DNA of 64,000 nucleotides from Escherichia coli (GCF_003991155.1 NZ_CP031293.1), one strand, 5' to 3'; positions 22,348 to 34,057 are shown, counted from the stretch's first letter. Notes: generated by a model from the sequence alone, not told the origin. Numbers and translations: made by a program.

Positions 22348-22779
22348 ATGGCTATTGAACGTACTTTTTCCATCATCAAACCGAACGCGGTAGCAAAAAA
22401 CGTGATTGGTAGTATCTTTGCGCGCTTTGAAGCTGCAGGGTTCAAAATTGTCGGCACCAAAATGCTGCACCTGACCGTTGAACAGGCTCGTGGCTTTTAT
22501 GCTGAACACGATGGAAAACCGTTCTTTGATGGTCTGGTTGAATTCATGACTTCTGGCCCGATCGTTGTTTCCGTGCTGGAAGGTGAAAATGCTGTTCAGC
22601 GTCACCGCGATCTGCTGGGCGCGACCAATCCGGCAAACGCACTGGCCGGTACTCTGCGTGCTGATTACGCTGACAGCCTGACCGAAAATGGTACCCACGG
22701 TTCTGATTCCGTCGAATCTGCCGCTCGCGAAATCGCTTATTTCTTCGGCGAAGGCGAAGTGTGCCCGCGCACCCGTTAA
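22348..22779 (+). CDS. ndk: nucleoside diphosphate kinase
   Basis: 143 aa; [15 protein letters not shown]...NGTHGSDS with active-site His. Confidence 0.97.
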
Positions 22780-22840
22780 TAATTTCGTAAATGCTACGTG
22801 CAAACGTGGCATCCGTGCGCCAGAATTTGTACAATGCAGC

Positions 22841-22881
22841 GCCCCCGGACGAGCAGCCGCTCACCGGGGCGTTTCTTTTTT
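22841..22881 (+). terminator. probable rho-independent terminator after ndk
   Basis: GC-rich inverted repeat GCCCCCGG...CCGGGGC followed by GTTTCTTTTTT. Confidence 0.5.
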
Positions 22882-22928
22882 CAACCCTCCAGGGGCCATA
22901 ACGTGTAATAACGAGGCCGGAATAGCAT

Positions 22929-24083
22929 ATGTCTGAACAATTAGTCACACCTGAAAACGTCACCACTAAAGATGGAAAAATCAACCTGCTGGATCTCAAC
23001 CGTCAGCAGATGCGGGAGTTTTTTAAAGATTTAGGTGAAAAACCCTTCCGCGCCGATCAGGTGATGAAGTGGATGTATCACTATTGCTGCGACAACTTTG
23101 ATGAGATGACCGACATCAATAAAGTGTTGCGCGGCAAACTGAAAGAGGTGGCGGAAATCCGTGCACCGGAAGTGGTTGAAGAACAGCGTTCATCTGACGG
23201 CACCATTAAATGGGCAATTGCCGTTGGCGATCAGCGCGTTGAAACGGTGTATATCCCGGAAGACGACCGTGCCACGCTCTGCGTCTCTTCGCAGGTGGGG
23301 TGTGCGCTGGAGTGTAAATTCTGTTCCACCGCCCAGCAGGGCTTTAACCGCAACCTGCGGGTATCGGAAATTATCGGCCAGGTGTGGCGTGCGGCGAAAA
23401 TTGTCGGCGCAGCAAAAGTCACCGGTCAGCGCCCAATCACTAACGTAGTGATGATGGGTATGGGCGAGCCGCTGCTCAACCTGAACAACGTCGTTCCGGC
23501 GATGGAAATCATGCTTGATGATTTCGGTTTTGGCCTGTCAAAACGTCGCGTCACGCTTTCCACTTCCGGTGTGGTTCCGGCGCTGGATAAACTTGGCGAT
23601 ATGATCGACGTTGCGCTGGCTATCTCCCTGCACGCGCCGAACGACGAAATTCGTGACGAAATTGTGCCGATCAACAAAAAGTACAATATCGAAACGTTCC
23701 TTGCTGCGGTGCGCCGTTATCTGGAGAAATCCAACGCCAATCAGGGCCGAGTCACTATTGAATACGTGATGCTTGACCACGTTAACGACGGCACTGAACA
23801 CGCGCACCAACTGGCGGAGCTACTGAAAGATACGCCGTGTAAGATCAACCTGATCCCGTGGAACCCGTTCCCTGGCGCGCCGTATGGACGCAGTTCGAAC
23901 AGCCGTATCGACCGTTTCTCAAAAGTGCTGATGAGCTACGGTTTCACCACTATTGTGCGTAAAACTCGTGGTGATGATATCGATGCTGCCTGTGGTCAGT
24001 TGGCGGGCGATGTTATCGACCGTACGAAACGTACCCTGCGTAAACGGATGCAGGGTGAAGCCATCGACATTAAAGCGGTCTGA
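22929..24083 (+). CDS. rlmN: radical-SAM 23S rRNA/tRNA m2A methyltransferase RlmN
   Basis: 384 aa; radical-SAM CxxxCxxC (CALECKFC). Confidence 0.95.
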
Positions 24084-24090
24084 TAGCCAT

Positions 24091-24130
24091 TACGCCACGG
24101 TTACTTTATGTACCGTGGCGTAATCTTTTA
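24091..24130 (+). terminator. rho-independent terminator after rlmN
   Basis: TTACGCCACGGT-loop-ACCGTGGCGTAA perfect 12-bp stem followed by TCTTTTAT. Confidence 0.75.
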
Positions 24131-24367
24131 TGAATGAAGTATTAAGTTGCAATTGTCTGGTCAATATTAACGGTGCGTTTTTGCTGACTTTAAGGCAGTA
24201 TGTAACGATGCAACAGTAAGTTAGCCTTAGTGAATGTGGGCTTTGTCACGAGCACACAGACGGTCTTATACTGTATGATAACGGTTAACTTAACGGATGT
24301 TTCGCGGTGTGGGTGAGCATGATGGTTCACCGGCATCTCAATTCTCATTTAAACGTACCTGCAGCGA

Positions 24368-25378
24368 ATGAATACTGAAGCCACGCACGACCAAAATGAA
24401 GCACTTACTACCGGCGCTCGCCTGCGTAATGCTCGCGAACAACTAGGACTTAGTCAGCAGGCCGTTGCTGAGCGACTTTGCCTGAAGGTTTCCACGGTAC
24501 GCGACATTGAAGAAGATAAGGCACCCGCCGATCTTGCTTCAACATTCCTGCGCGGATATATCCGCTCTTATGCGCGTCTGGTACATATTCCAGAAGAAGA
24601 ACTGCTGCCAGGGCTGGAAAAGCAGGCTCCACTACGGGCTGCAAAAGTTGCGCCGATGCAGAGTTTTTCCCTCGGTAAACGCCGTAAAAAACGCGACGGC
24701 TGGCTGATGACCTTCACCTGGCTGGTGTTGTTTGTGGTTATCGGCCTGAGCGGTGCCTGGTGGTGGCAAGACCACAAAGCTCAGCAGGAAGAGATCACCA
24801 CTATGGCCGATCAATCTTCTGCGGAACTGAATAATAATCAAAGCCAGAGTGTACCGTTAGATACGTCGACAACCACAGATCAGGCTATGGCGACCACGCC
24901 GACATCACCTGTGGATACCACCGCAACTAACACGCAAACACCTGCCGCGACGACGGCTCCATCGCCAACCGTCGATTCACAACAGAATGCGGTTGTTCCA
25001 CCTTCGCAGGCAAATGTTGATACCGCTGCGACTCCGGCACCAGCGGCAACAACAACACCAGATGGCGCTGCGCTGTTGCCAACCGATCAGGCTGGCGTGA
25101 CCACGCCGGCGGTTGACCCGAATGCGCTGGTGATGAACTTTACTGCCGATTGCTGGCTGGAAGTCACCGATGCTACCGGTAAAAAACTGTTTAGCGGTAT
25201 GCAGCGTAAAGACGGTAATTTGAACTTAACCGGCCAGGCACCGTACAAACTGAAAATTGGTGCGCCAGCCGCAGTACAGATCCAGTATCAAGGGAAACCT
25301 GTCGATCTGAGTCGTTTTATCAGAACTAACCAGGTTGCGCGTCTGACCCTCAATGCCGAACAATCACCGGCGCAGTAA
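24368..25378 (+). CDS. rodZ: cytoskeleton protein RodZ
   Basis: 336 aa; N-terminal HTH (Xre-like), single TM, Pro/Thr-rich linker, C-terminal periplasmic domain. Confidence 0.93.
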   Translation: MNTEATHDQNEALTTGARLRNAREQLGLSQQAVAERLCLKVSTVRDIEEDKAPADLASTFLRGYIRSYARLVHIPEEELLPGLEKQAPLRAAKVAPMQSFSLGKRRKKRDGWLMTFTWLVLFVVIGLSGAWWWQDHKAQQEEITTMADQSSAELNNNQSQSVPLDTSTTTDQAMATTPTSPVDTTATNTQTPAATTAPSPTVDSQQNAVVPPSQANVDTAATPAPAATTTPDGAALLPTDQAGVTTPAVDPNALVMNFTADCWLEVTDATGKKLFSGMQRKDGNLNLTGQAPYKLKIGAPAAVQIQYQGKPVDLSRFIRTNQVARLTLNAEQSPAQ

Positions 25379-25404
25379 CAGACGGGTAACGCGGGAGATT
25401 TTTC

Positions 25405-26523
25405 ATGCATAACCAGGCTCCAATTCAACGTAGAAAATCAACACGTATTTACGTTGGGAATGTGCCGATTGGCGATGGTGCTCCCATCGCCGTACAGTCC
25501 ATGACCAATACGCGCACGACAGACGTCGAAGCAACGGTCAATCAAATCAAGGCGCTGGAACGTGTTGGCGCTGATATCGTCCGTGTCTCCGTACCGACGA
25601 TGGACGCGGCAGAAGCGTTCAAACTCATCAAACAGCAGGTTAACGTGCCGCTGGTGGCTGACATCCACTTCGACTATCGCATTGCGCTGAAAGTAGCGGA
25701 ATACGGCGTCGATTGTCTGCGTATTAACCCTGGCAATATCGGTAATGAAGAGCGTATTCGCATGGTGGTTGACTGTGCGCGCGATAAAAACATTCCGATC
25801 CGTATTGGCGTTAACGCCGGATCGCTGGAAAAAGATCTGCAAGAAAAGTATGGCGAACCGACGCCGCAGGCGTTGCTGGAATCCGCCATGCGTCATGTTG
25901 ATCATCTCGATCGCCTGAACTTCGATCAGTTCAAAGTCAGCGTGAAAGCGTCAGACGTCTTCCTCGCTGTTGAGTCTTATCGTTTGCTGGCAAAACAGAT
26001 CGATCAGCCGCTGCATCTGGGGATCACCGAAGCCGGTGGTGCGCGCAGCGGGGCAGTAAAATCCGCCATTGGTTTAGGTCTGCTGCTGTCTGAAGGCATC
26101 GGCGACACGCTGCGCGTATCGCTGGCGGCCGATCCGGTCGAAGAGATCAAAGTCGGTTTCGATATTTTGAAATCGCTGCGTATCCGTTCGCGCGGGATCA
26201 ACTTCATCGCCTGCCCGACCTGTTCGCGTCAGGAATTTGATGTTATCGGTACGGTTAACGCGCTGGAGCAACGCCTGGAAGATATCATCACTCCGATGGA
26301 CGTTTCGATTATCGGCTGTGTGGTGAATGGCCCAGGTGAGGCGCTGGTTTCTACACTCGGCGTCACCGGCGGCAACAAGAAAAGCGGCCTCTATGAAGAC
26401 GGCGTGCGCAAAGACCGTCTGGACAACAACGATATGATCGACCAGCTGGAAGCACGCATTCGTGCGAAAGCCAGTCAGCTGGACGAAGCGCGTCGAATTG
26501 ACGTTCAGCAGGTTGAAAAATAA
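25405..26523 (+). CDS. ispG: 4-hydroxy-3-methylbut-2-enyl diphosphate synthase IspG (GcpE)
   Basis: 372 aa; cluster cysteines in ACPTCSR and GCVVNGPGE. Confidence 0.96.
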
Positions 26524-26633
26524 TAACGTGATGGGAAGCACCTCGCTTCCCGTGTATGATTGAACCCGCATGGCTCCCGAAACATTGAGGGAAGCGTTGA
26601 GGGTTCATTTTTATATTCAGAAAGAGAATAAAC

Positions 26634-27923
26634 GTGTCGAAGAAAATTCAGTCTGTACGCGGTATGAATGATTATTTGCCAGTGGAAACCGCTGTATGGC
26701 AACGCGTTGAGCGCATAATTAAAAGCGTCGTTGAGTCTTACGGATACAGTGAGATTCGCACACCTATTCTTGAGCAAACGCCACTGTTTAAGCGCGCTAT
26801 CGGTGAAGTTACTGATGTTGTTGAAAAGGAGATGTACACCTTCAACGATCGTGAGCGTGATGCGAAAGAGGTTGTTTCGTTAACTCTTCGCCCTGAAGGT
26901 ACAGCAGGATGTGTACGCGCCGGCATCGAGCATGGCCTTCTGTACAATCAGGAACAGCGTTTGTGGTATATGGGACCGATGTTCCGCCACGAGCGCCCGC
27001 AAAAAGGTCGTTATCGTCAGTTCCACCAAATCGGTCTGGAAGTTTTCGGTCTGCAAGGTCCGGATATCGACGCTGAATTGATTATGCTCACCGCCCGCTG
27101 GTGGCGCGCGCTGGGTATCTCCGAGCACGTAACTCTTGAGCTGAACTCTATCGGTTCGCTGGAAGCACGCGCCAATTACCGCGATGCGCTGGTGGCATTC
27201 CTTGAGCAGCATAAAGAAAAGCTGGACGAAGACTGCAAACGCCGCATGTACACTAACCCGCTGCGCGTGCTGGATTCAAAAAATCCGGAAGTGCAGGCGC
27301 TTCTCAACGACGCTCCGGCATTAGGCGATTATCTGGACGAGGAATCTCGTGAGCATTTTGCCGGTCTGTGCAAACTGCTTGAGAGCGCGGGGATCGCTTA
27401 CACCGTCAACCAGCGTCTGGTGCGTGGTCTGGATTACTATAACCGTACCGTTTTCGAGTGGGTGACTAACAGCCTCGGTTCCCAGGGCACCGTGTGTGCA
27501 GGCGGTCGTTATGACGGTCTGGTGGAACAACTGGGCGGTCGTGCAACACCGGCTGTCGGTTTTGCGATGGGCCTCGAACGTCTTGTATTGTTAGTACAGG
27601 CCGTTAATCCGGAATTTAAAGCCGATCCTGTTGTCGATATATACCTGGTGGCTTCAGGTGCTGATACACAATCTGCGGCTATGGCATTAGCTGAGCGTCT
27701 GCGTGATGAATTACCGGGCGTGAAATTGATGACCAACCACGGCGGCGGCAACTTTAAGAAACAGTTTGCCCGTGCTGATAAATGGGGTGCCCGCGTTGCT
27801 GTGGTGCTGGGTGAGTCTGAAGTGGCTAACGGCACAGCAGTAGTGAAGGATTTGCGCTCTGGTGAGCAAACGGCAGTTGCGCAGGATAGCGTAGCCGCGC
27901 ATTTGCGCACGTTACTGGGTTAA
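26634..27923 (+). CDS. hisS: histidine--tRNA ligase HisS (GTG start; 5' third looks divergent)
   Basis: 429 aa; class II aaRS motifs and a C-terminal region matching recalled E. coli HisS; the N-terminal ~140 codons differ from what I recall of K-12 (see finding). Confidence 0.9.
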   Translation: MSKKIQSVRGMNDYLPVETAVWQRVERIIKSVVESYGYSEIRTPILEQTPLFKRAIGEVTDVVEKEMYTFNDRERDAKEVVSLTLRPEGTAGCVRAGIEHGLLYNQEQRLWYMGPMFRHERPQKGRYRQFHQIGLEVFGLQGPDIDAELIMLTARWWRALGISEHVTLELNSIGSLEARANYRDALVAFLEQHKEKLDEDCKRRMYTNPLRVLDSKNPEVQALLNDAPALGDYLDEESREHFAGLCKLLESAGIAYTVNQRLVRGLDYYNRTVFEWVTNSLGSQGTVCAGGRYDGLVEQLGGRATPAVGFAMGLERLVLLVQAVNPEFKADPVVDIYLVASGADTQSAAMALAERLRDELPGVKLMTNHGGGNFKKQFARADKWGARVAVVLGESEVANGTAVVKDLRSGEQTAVAQDSVAAHLRTLLG

Positions 27924-27940
27924 GGAAGGAGAAGGACAGC

Positions 27941-28561
27941 GTGGAAATTTACGAGAACGAAAACGACCAGGTTGAAGCGGTTAAACGCTTTTTTGCTGAA
28001 AATGGCAAAGCACTGGCTGTTGGGGTGATTTTGGGCGTTGGCGCACTGATTGGCTGGCGCTACTGGAACAGCCATCAGGTTGATTCTGCACGCTCCGCTT
28101 CTCTTGCCTATCAAAATGCGGTTACCGCAGTGAGCGAAGGCAAACCGGATAGCATCCCGGCGGCGGAAAAATTTGCTGCTGAAAATAAAAATACTTATGG
28201 TGCGCTGGCTTCTTTGGAACTTGCGCAGCAATTTGTTGACAAAAATGAACTAGAGAAAGCTGCCGCCCAGTTACAACAGGGGCTGGCAGACACGAGCGAT
28301 GAAAATCTCAAAGCCGTGATAAATCTGCGTCTTGCTCGCGTTCAGGTACAGCTCAAGCAGGCTGATGCCGCGCTGAAAACCCTTGATACCATCAAAGGTG
28401 AAGGGTGGGCTGCCATTGTTGCCGACCTGCGTGGTGAAGCATTGCTGAGCAAAGGTGATAAGCAAGGTGCGCGTAGTGCATGGGAAGCAGGCGTGAAAAG
28501 CGATGTTACCCCGGCACTGAGCGAAATGATGCAGATGAAAATTAATAATTTGTCCATCTGA
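27941..28561 (+). CDS. yfgM: TPR-like membrane-anchored periplasmic protein YfgM
   Basis: 206 aa; GTG start; MEIYENENDQVEAVKRFFAENGKALAVGVILGV... with one TM segment. Confidence 0.92.
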   Translation: MEIYENENDQVEAVKRFFAENGKALAVGVILGVGALIGWRYWNSHQVDSARSASLAYQNAVTAVSEGKPDSIPAAEKFAAENKNTYGALASLELAQQFVDKNELEKAAAQLQQGLADTSDENLKAVINLRLARVQVQLKQADAALKTLDTIKGEGWAAIVADLRGEALLSKGDKQGARSAWEAGVKSDVTPALSEMMQMKINNLSI

Positions 28562-28571
28562 GAGGGACCCG

Positions 28572-29750
28572 ATGCAATTGCGTAAATTACTGCTGCCAGG
28601 ACTGCTTTCCGTTACCCTTTTAAGCGGCTGTTCGCTGTTTAACAGCGAAGAAGATGTGGTAAAGATGTCCCCATTGCCAACCGTTGAAAACCAGTTTACG
28701 CCGTCTACTGCGTGGAGCACTTCCGTTGGTAGCGGCATTGGCAACTTCTATTCCAATCTTCATCCGGCACTGGCGGACAACGTTGTCTATGCTGCGGACC
28801 GCGCTGGTTTAGTAAAAGCGCTGAATGCGGATGACGGCAAAGAAATCTGGTCTGTCAACCTGGCCGAGAAAGATGGCTGGTTCTCTAAAGATCCTGCATT
28901 ACTTTCTGGCGGCGTGACCGTGTCTGGTGGGCATGTCTACATTGGCACCGAAAAGGCGCAGGTTTACGCGCTGAATACCAGCGATGGTACTGTGGCATGG
29001 CAAACTAAAGTCGCGGGTGAAGCACTTTCGCGCCCGGTGGTCAGCGACGGTCTGGTGTTAATCCACACCAGTAACGGTCAGTTACAAGCGCTGAACGAAG
29101 CTGACGGCGCTGTCAAATGGACAGTTAACCTCGATATGCCTTCGCTCTCTTTGCGTGGCGAGTCTGCGCCGGCAACGGCTTTTGGTGCGGCCGTCGTGGG
29201 TGGCGATAATGGTCGCGTCAGCGCAGTGCTGATGGAACAGGGCCAGATGATTTGGCAGCAGCGTATTTCCCAGGCGACCGGTTCTACCGAAATTGACCGT
29301 CTGAGCGATGTTGACACGACTCCCGTCGTTGTTAACGGCGTTGTTTTCGCGCTGGCCTATAATGGTAACCTGACGGCGCTTGATCTGCGCAGTGGTCAGA
29401 TTATGTGGAAACGCGAACTGGGTTCGGTGAATGATTTCATCGTCGACGGCAACCGCATCTATCTGGTCGATCAAAATGACCGGGTGATGGCGTTGACCAT
29501 TGATGGCGGCGTTACGCTGTGGACACAAAGCGATCTGTTGCATCGCCTGCTGACTTCTCCGGTGCTATATAATGGCAACCTGGTGGTAGGTGACAGTGAA
29601 GGTTATCTGCACTGGATTAACGTCGAAGATGGTCGTTTCGTTGCCCAGCAAAAAGTTGATAGTTCCGGTTTCCAGACTGAACCGGTTGCCGCTGACGGCA
29701 AACTGCTGATCCAGGCAAAAGACGGAACCGTGTACTCTATTACACGTTAA
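28572..29750 (+). CDS. bamB: outer-membrane beta-barrel assembly lipoprotein BamB
   Basis: 392 aa; lipobox LLSGCSLF; PQQ-like beta-propeller repeats. Confidence 0.96.
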   Translation: MQLRKLLLPGLLSVTLLSGCSLFNSEEDVVKMSPLPTVENQFTPSTAWSTSVGSGIGNFYSNLHPALADNVVYAADRAGLVKALNADDGKEIWSVNLAEKDGWFSKDPALLSGGVTVSGGHVYIGTEKAQVYALNTSDGTVAWQTKVAGEALSRPVVSDGLVLIHTSNGQLQALNEADGAVKWTVNLDMPSLSLRGESAPATAFGAAVVGGDNGRVSAVLMEQGQMIWQQRISQATGSTEIDRLSDVDTTPVVVNGVVFALAYNGNLTALDLRSGQIMWKRELGSVNDFIVDGNRIYLVDQNDRVMALTIDGGVTLWTQSDLLHRLLTSPVLYNGNLVVGDSEGYLHWINVEDGRFVAQQKVDSSGFQTEPVAADGKLLIQAKDGTVYSITR

Positions 29751-29867
29751 TCGTCTCTGTCGTTCACTTTGAAAACGGCTCCTGGACAGGGGCCGTTTTC
29801 CTGTTTTTAACAACGACACGAATATAGCGTGCGTTGTCTGATGATTTATAAAAATGAGGCTTTAAAC

Positions 29868-31340
29868 ATGGTACCTGTGGTCGCGCTTGTCGGGCGCCCT
29901 AACGTAGGAAAATCCACGTTATTTAACCGTCTAACTCGCACCCGAGATGCGCTGGTTGCGGATTTCCCGGGTCTGACTCGTGACCGTAAGTACGGTCGTG
30001 CGGAAATTGAAGGCCGTGAGTTTATCTGCATTGATACCGGCGGGATTGATGGCACAGAAGACGGTGTAGAGACACGTATGGCGGAACAATCGCTGCTGGC
30101 GATTGAAGAAGCGGACGTCGTACTGTTTATGGTGGATGCGCGCGCGGGCCTGATGCCGGCGGATGAAGCGATTGCTAAACATCTGCGCTCCCGTGAAAAA
30201 CCGACCTTCCTGGTGGCAAACAAAACTGACGGTCTGGATCCCGATCAGGCAGTGGTTGATTTCTACTCGCTTGGTTTAGGTGAAATCTACCCGATCGCCG
30301 CGTCTCACGGTCGTGGCGTATTAAGTCTGCTGGAGCACGTGCTGCTGCCGTGGATGGAAGATCTCGCACCGCAAGAAGAAGTCGACGAAGACGCCGAATA
30401 CTGGGCGCAATTTGAAGCGGAAGAGAACGGCGAAGAAGAAGAGGAAGACGACTTCGACCCGCAAAGTCTGCCGATCAAACTGGCGATTGTGGGTCGTCCG
30501 AACGTCGGTAAGTCTACGCTCACTAACCGTATTCTCGGTGAAGAACGCGTTGTTGTTTACGACATGCCTGGCACGACGCGTGACAGTATCTACATTCCAA
30601 TGGAACGCGACGGACGTGAGTATGTGCTCATTGACACCGCTGGCGTACGTAAACGCGGCAAAATCACCGATGCGGTAGAGAAGTTCTCGGTAATCAAAAC
30701 GTTGCAGGCCATTGAAGATGCCAACGTGGTGATGTTGGTGATTGATGCGCGTGAAGGTATTTCCGATCAGGATCTCTCCTTGCTGGGCTTTATTCTCAAT
30801 AGTGGGCGCTCACTTGTGATTGTAGTGAACAAGTGGGACGGCCTGAGCCAGGAAGTGAAAGAGCAGGTGAAAGAGACGCTGGACTTCCGTCTGGGCTTTA
30901 TCGATTTTGCTCGTGTGCACTTTATCTCTGCCTTGCACGGCAGTGGTGTTGGTAACTTGTTTGAATCAGTACGTGAAGCGTATGACAGCTCCACCCGTCG
31001 TGTGGGGACCTCTATGCTGACGCGCATCATGACGATGGCTGTTGAAGATCACCAACCGCCGCTGGTACGCGGTCGTCGAGTGAAGCTGAAATATGCCCAC
31101 GCCGGGGGTTATAACCCGCCGATTGTGGTGATTCACGGTAATCAGGTGAAAGACCTGCCTGATTCCTACAAGCGTTACCTGATGAACTACTTCCGCAAAT
31201 CGCTGGACGTAATGGGATCGCCGATTCGTATTCAGTTCAAAGAAGGGGAAAACCCGTATGCGAACAAGCGTAATACCCTGACGCCGACTCAGATGCGCAA
31301 GCGTAAGCGTCTGATGAAGCACATCAAGAAAAGTAAGTAA
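29868..31340 (+). CDS. der: ribosome-associated GTPase Der (EngA), tandem GTPase domains
   Basis: 490 aa from ATG 29868 ([22 protein letters not shown]...); two G1 motifs GRPNVGKS; basic C-terminus. Confidence 0.96.
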   Translation: MVPVVALVGRPNVGKSTLFNRLTRTRDALVADFPGLTRDRKYGRAEIEGREFICIDTGGIDGTEDGVETRMAEQSLLAIEEADVVLFMVDARAGLMPADEAIAKHLRSREKPTFLVANKTDGLDPDQAVVDFYSLGLGEIYPIAASHGRGVLSLLEHVLLPWMEDLAPQEEVDEDAEYWAQFEAEENGEEEEEDDFDPQSLPIKLAIVGRPNVGKSTLTNRILGEERVVVYDMPGTTRDSIYIPMERDGREYVLIDTAGVRKRGKITDAVEKFSVIKTLQAIEDANVVMLVIDAREGISDQDLSLLGFILNSGRSLVIVVNKWDGLSQEVKEQVKETLDFRLGFIDFARVHFISALHGSGVGNLFESVREAYDSSTRRVGTSMLTRIMTMAVEDHQPPLVRGRRVKLKYAHAGGYNPPIVVIHGNQVKDLPDSYKRYLMNYFRKSLDVMGSPIRIQFKEGENPYANKRNTLTPTQMRKRKRLMKHIKKSK

Positions 31341-31402
31341 TCACTTATCTGGTTTCCCTTTCCACACGGAGAGGGAAACCGAATAACACGCGAGGAGTAT
31401 TT

Positions 31403-31618
31403 ATGGCACTCAACTGTCCAACCTGCAAAACCCCTCTCGAACGCAATGGCGGGACTGCTCACTGTGCAACTTGTGCCAAAGATTTCACCATTCAGGCTCT
31501 TTGTCCTGACTGCCACCAGCCATTGCAGGTATTAAAAGCATGCGGTGCGGTGGATTATTTCTGCCAATATGGGCACGGTTTAATTTCTAAAACACGCGTT
31601 GAATTTGTTATTGTGTAA
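31403..31618 (+). CDS. yfgJ: zinc-ribbon protein YfgJ
   Basis: 71 aa with CPxC...CxxC and CPDC...C...C arrangement; SD GAGGAG upstream. Confidence 0.85.
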   Translation: MALNCPTCKTPLERNGGTAHCATCAKDFTIQALCPDCHQPLQVLKACGAVDYFCQYGHGLISKTRVEFVIV

Positions 31619-31827
31619 TATCATTTAAATATATGATTTTATCATTCATATTTATAATATGGATGATTATGCCATTTTTGTATTAGTTGAATTACTAATA
31701 TGAGTGGAAAAAATCACTTATTTAAAAAATAATGATATATTTATCCTTTCTGGCATGCCTTTCTGAATAATCAGGGATACAATATTAAAGCTTATTTTTG
31801 ACTTTATCATTGTCACAGGAAAAGTGC
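31619..31827 (+). promoter_or_regulatory. highly AT-rich leader/promoter region of the accessory island
   Basis: About 210 bp that is very A+T-rich by eye (runs of TTTAAAAAATAATGATATATTTAT) immediately upstream of the SinH-like ORF; typical of horizontally acquired, possibly H-NS-silenced promoters. Confidence 0.5.
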
Positions 31828-34002
31828 ATGCTGCGATGGACACGCTGTATTATGCTAACATTTATCTCTGGGGCTGCTTTTGCGGCTCCAGAGATAAATG
31901 TTGAGCATAAAGAATCATTACCTGATTTAGGTAGTCAGGCCGCACAACAAGAAGAACAAACCAACAAGGGGAAATCGCTAAAAGAGCGTGGTGCCGATTA
32001 CGTCATTAACTCCGCTACGCAAGGGTTTGAAAACCTGACACCCGAGGCGCTGGAGTCCCAGGCCAGAAGCTATCTGCAAAGTCAAATTACCTCTACGACA
32101 CAATCTTATATTGAGGATACACTCTCCCCCTACGGTAAGGTTCGAACGAATCTTTCTCTTGGCCAGGGCGGCGATCTGGATGGCAGTTCCATCGACTATT
32201 TTGTTCCCTGGTATGATAATCAAACTACTGTTTATTTCAGCCAATTTTCTGCACAACGAAAAGAAGATCGTACGATCGGGAATATTGGGCTTGGTGTAAG
32301 ACATAATTTTGATAAATGGTTGTTGGGTGGAAATATATTTTATGATTATGATTTTACCCGTGGGCATCGCCGTTTAGGTTTAGGTGCCGAAGCGTGGACT
32401 GATTATTTAAAATTCTCTGGCAACTATTATCACCCGCTTTCTGACTGGAAAGACTCCGAAGATTTCGATTTTTATGAGGAGCGTCCTGCGCGCGGCTGGG
32501 ATATTCGCGCCGAAGCCTGGCTTCCCGCTTATCCGCAGCTTGGTGGTAAAATTGTTTTCGAACAGTATTACGGTAATGAAGTCGCGCTTTTTGGCACTGA
32601 TAATCTGGAGAAAGATCCCTTCGCTGTCACGCTGGGTGTGAAATACCAGCCCGTTCCGCTCATTGCTGTCGGTACAGATTTCAAAGCTGGCACTGGCGAT
32701 AATACCGATCTTTCTGTTAACGCAACGCTTAATTATCAGTTTGGCGTCCCGCTCAAAGACCAGCTTGATCCTGACAAAGTGAGCGCTGCTCACTCGCTTA
32801 TGGGCAGCCGTCATGACTTTGTTGAACGTAACAACTTTATTGTTCTGGAATACAAAGAAAAAGATCCCCTCGACGTCACTTTGTGGCTGAAAGCCGACGC
32901 CACGAATGAACATCCCGAGTGCGTGATTAAAGATACGCCTGAAGAAGCTATCGGGCTGGAAAAATGTAAATGGACCATTAACGCGCTCATTAACCATCAC
33001 TACAAAATCGTCGCTGCCTCCTGGCAGGCGAAAAACAATGCTGCACGTACGCTGGTGATGCCGGTTATCAAAGAAAACACGCTTACCGAAGGTAACAACA
33101 ACCACTGGAATCTGGTGCTGCCTGCCTGGCAGTACAGTTCTGATAAAGCCGAACAAGAAAAACTCAATACCTGGCGGGTTCGTCTGGCGCTGGAAGATGA
33201 AAAAGGTAATCGACAGAATTCCGGCGTGGTGGAAATCACCGTTCAGCAGGATCGCAAAATTGAGCTCATCGTTAACAACATCGCCGATGTACCAGATGAG
33301 AACAATCACAGTCATGAAGCCAGCGCACAGGCCGATGGTGTAGATGGTGTGGTGATGGATCTCGATATTACTGATAGCTTTGGCGACAACACTGACCGCA
33401 ACGGTAATGTCTTGCCGCAGGATAATCTCAACCCGCAGTTGTTTGACGCCAACGATAAAAAAGTGACGCTGACGAATAAACCCTGCACTACCGAGACTCC
33501 CTGTGTCTTTATCGCCAAACAAGATAAAGAAAAGGGGACCGTTACGCTCTCCAGTACATTGCCTGGCACCTTCCGTTGGAAGGCGAAAGCCGCTCCCTAT
33601 GATGACAGTAACTATGTTGACGTAACGTTCCTGGGTTCTGACATCGGCGGGCTGAATGCCTTTATCTATCGTGTTGGTGCGGCTAAGCCCGTGAATCTTA
33701 TCGGCAATAAAGAGCCGTTGCCTCTCAATAGCAGCTATCGCTTTGTGTTGTGGCGTGACGCTAACAAAGACGGCGTGTTCCAGCTATCAGAGAAACTCAC
33801 TGAAGAGGAGATGAAACAGTATGACTATCAGTGGGAATTCACGGGACATAGCGTGAATGGCAATACCGGTGCGCAAGCCAATACCACTAACGCCGATATA
33901 GAGATCCCGGCAACGAACAAGGAAGCGGCAACGAAGTTTAGTGCCCAGGTAACCGATGGCGTGCAGGGATACGGTTTGCAGGTCAATTACAGCAAGAAAT
34001 AG
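31828..34002 (+). CDS. sinH: intimin/invasin-family inverse autotransporter adhesin (SinH-like)
   Basis: ATG 31828 with SD AGGAAAAG; signal peptide MLRWTRCIMLTFISGAAFA/AP; the segment GAEAWTDYLKFSGNYY...ERPARGWDIRAEAWLPAYPQLGGKIVFEQYYGNEVALFG...GSRHDFVERNNFIVLEYKEKD parallels the intimin beta-barrel (recalled AEYWRDYFKSS...ERPANGFDIRFNGYLPSYPALGAKLIYEQYYGDNVALFN...GSRYDLVQRNNNIILEYKKQD); followed by a ~400-aa passenger. Confidence 0.85.
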   Translation: MLRWTRCIMLTFISGAAFAAPEINVEHKESLPDLGSQAAQQEEQTNKGKSLKERGADYVINSATQGFENLTPEALESQARSYLQSQITSTTQSYIEDTLSPYGKVRTNLSLGQGGDLDGSSIDYFVPWYDNQTTVYFSQFSAQRKEDRTIGNIGLGVRHNFDKWLLGGNIFYDYDFTRGHRRLGLGAEAWTDYLKFSGNYYHPLSDWKDSEDFDFYEERPARGWDIRAEAWLPAYPQLGGKIVFEQYYGNEVALFGTDNLEKDPFAVTLGVKYQPVPLIAVGTDFKAGTGDNTDLSVNATLNYQFGVPLKDQLDPDKVSAAHSLMGSRHDFVERNNFIVLEYKEKDPLDVTLWLKADATNEHPECVIKDTPEEAIGLEKCKWTINALINHHYKIVAASWQAKNNAARTLVMPVIKENTLTEGNNNHWNLVLPAWQYSSDKAEQEKLNTWRVRLALEDEKGNRQNSGVVEITVQQDRKIELIVNNIADVPDENNHSHEASAQADGVDGVVMDLDITDSFGDNTDRNGNVLPQDNLNPQLFDANDKKVTLTNKPCTTETPCVFIAKQDKEKGTVTLSSTLPGTFRWKAKAAPYDDSNYVDVTFLGSDIGGLNAFIYRVGAAKPVNLIGNKEPLPLNSSYRFVLWRDANKDGVFQLSEKLTEEEMKQYDYQWEFTGHSVNGNTGAQANTTNADIEIPATNKEAATKFSAQVTDGVQGYGLQVNYSKK

Positions 34003-34057
34003 GATCAGCGCCATGGCTGATCGGGCCACCGCTGAATGTTAACCAAGGAGAGTGTTT

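Noticed and set aside
31345..31380. Inverted repeat GGTTTCCCT...AGGGAAACC after der
   Set aside because: Forms a good stem but has no flanking U-tract on either strand, so it is not called as an intrinsic terminator.
32407..33522. 371-aa ORF on the minus strand within the island
   Set aside because: Lies wholly inside and antisense to the SinH-like gene, which has clear inverse-autotransporter homology; the translation is low-complexity.
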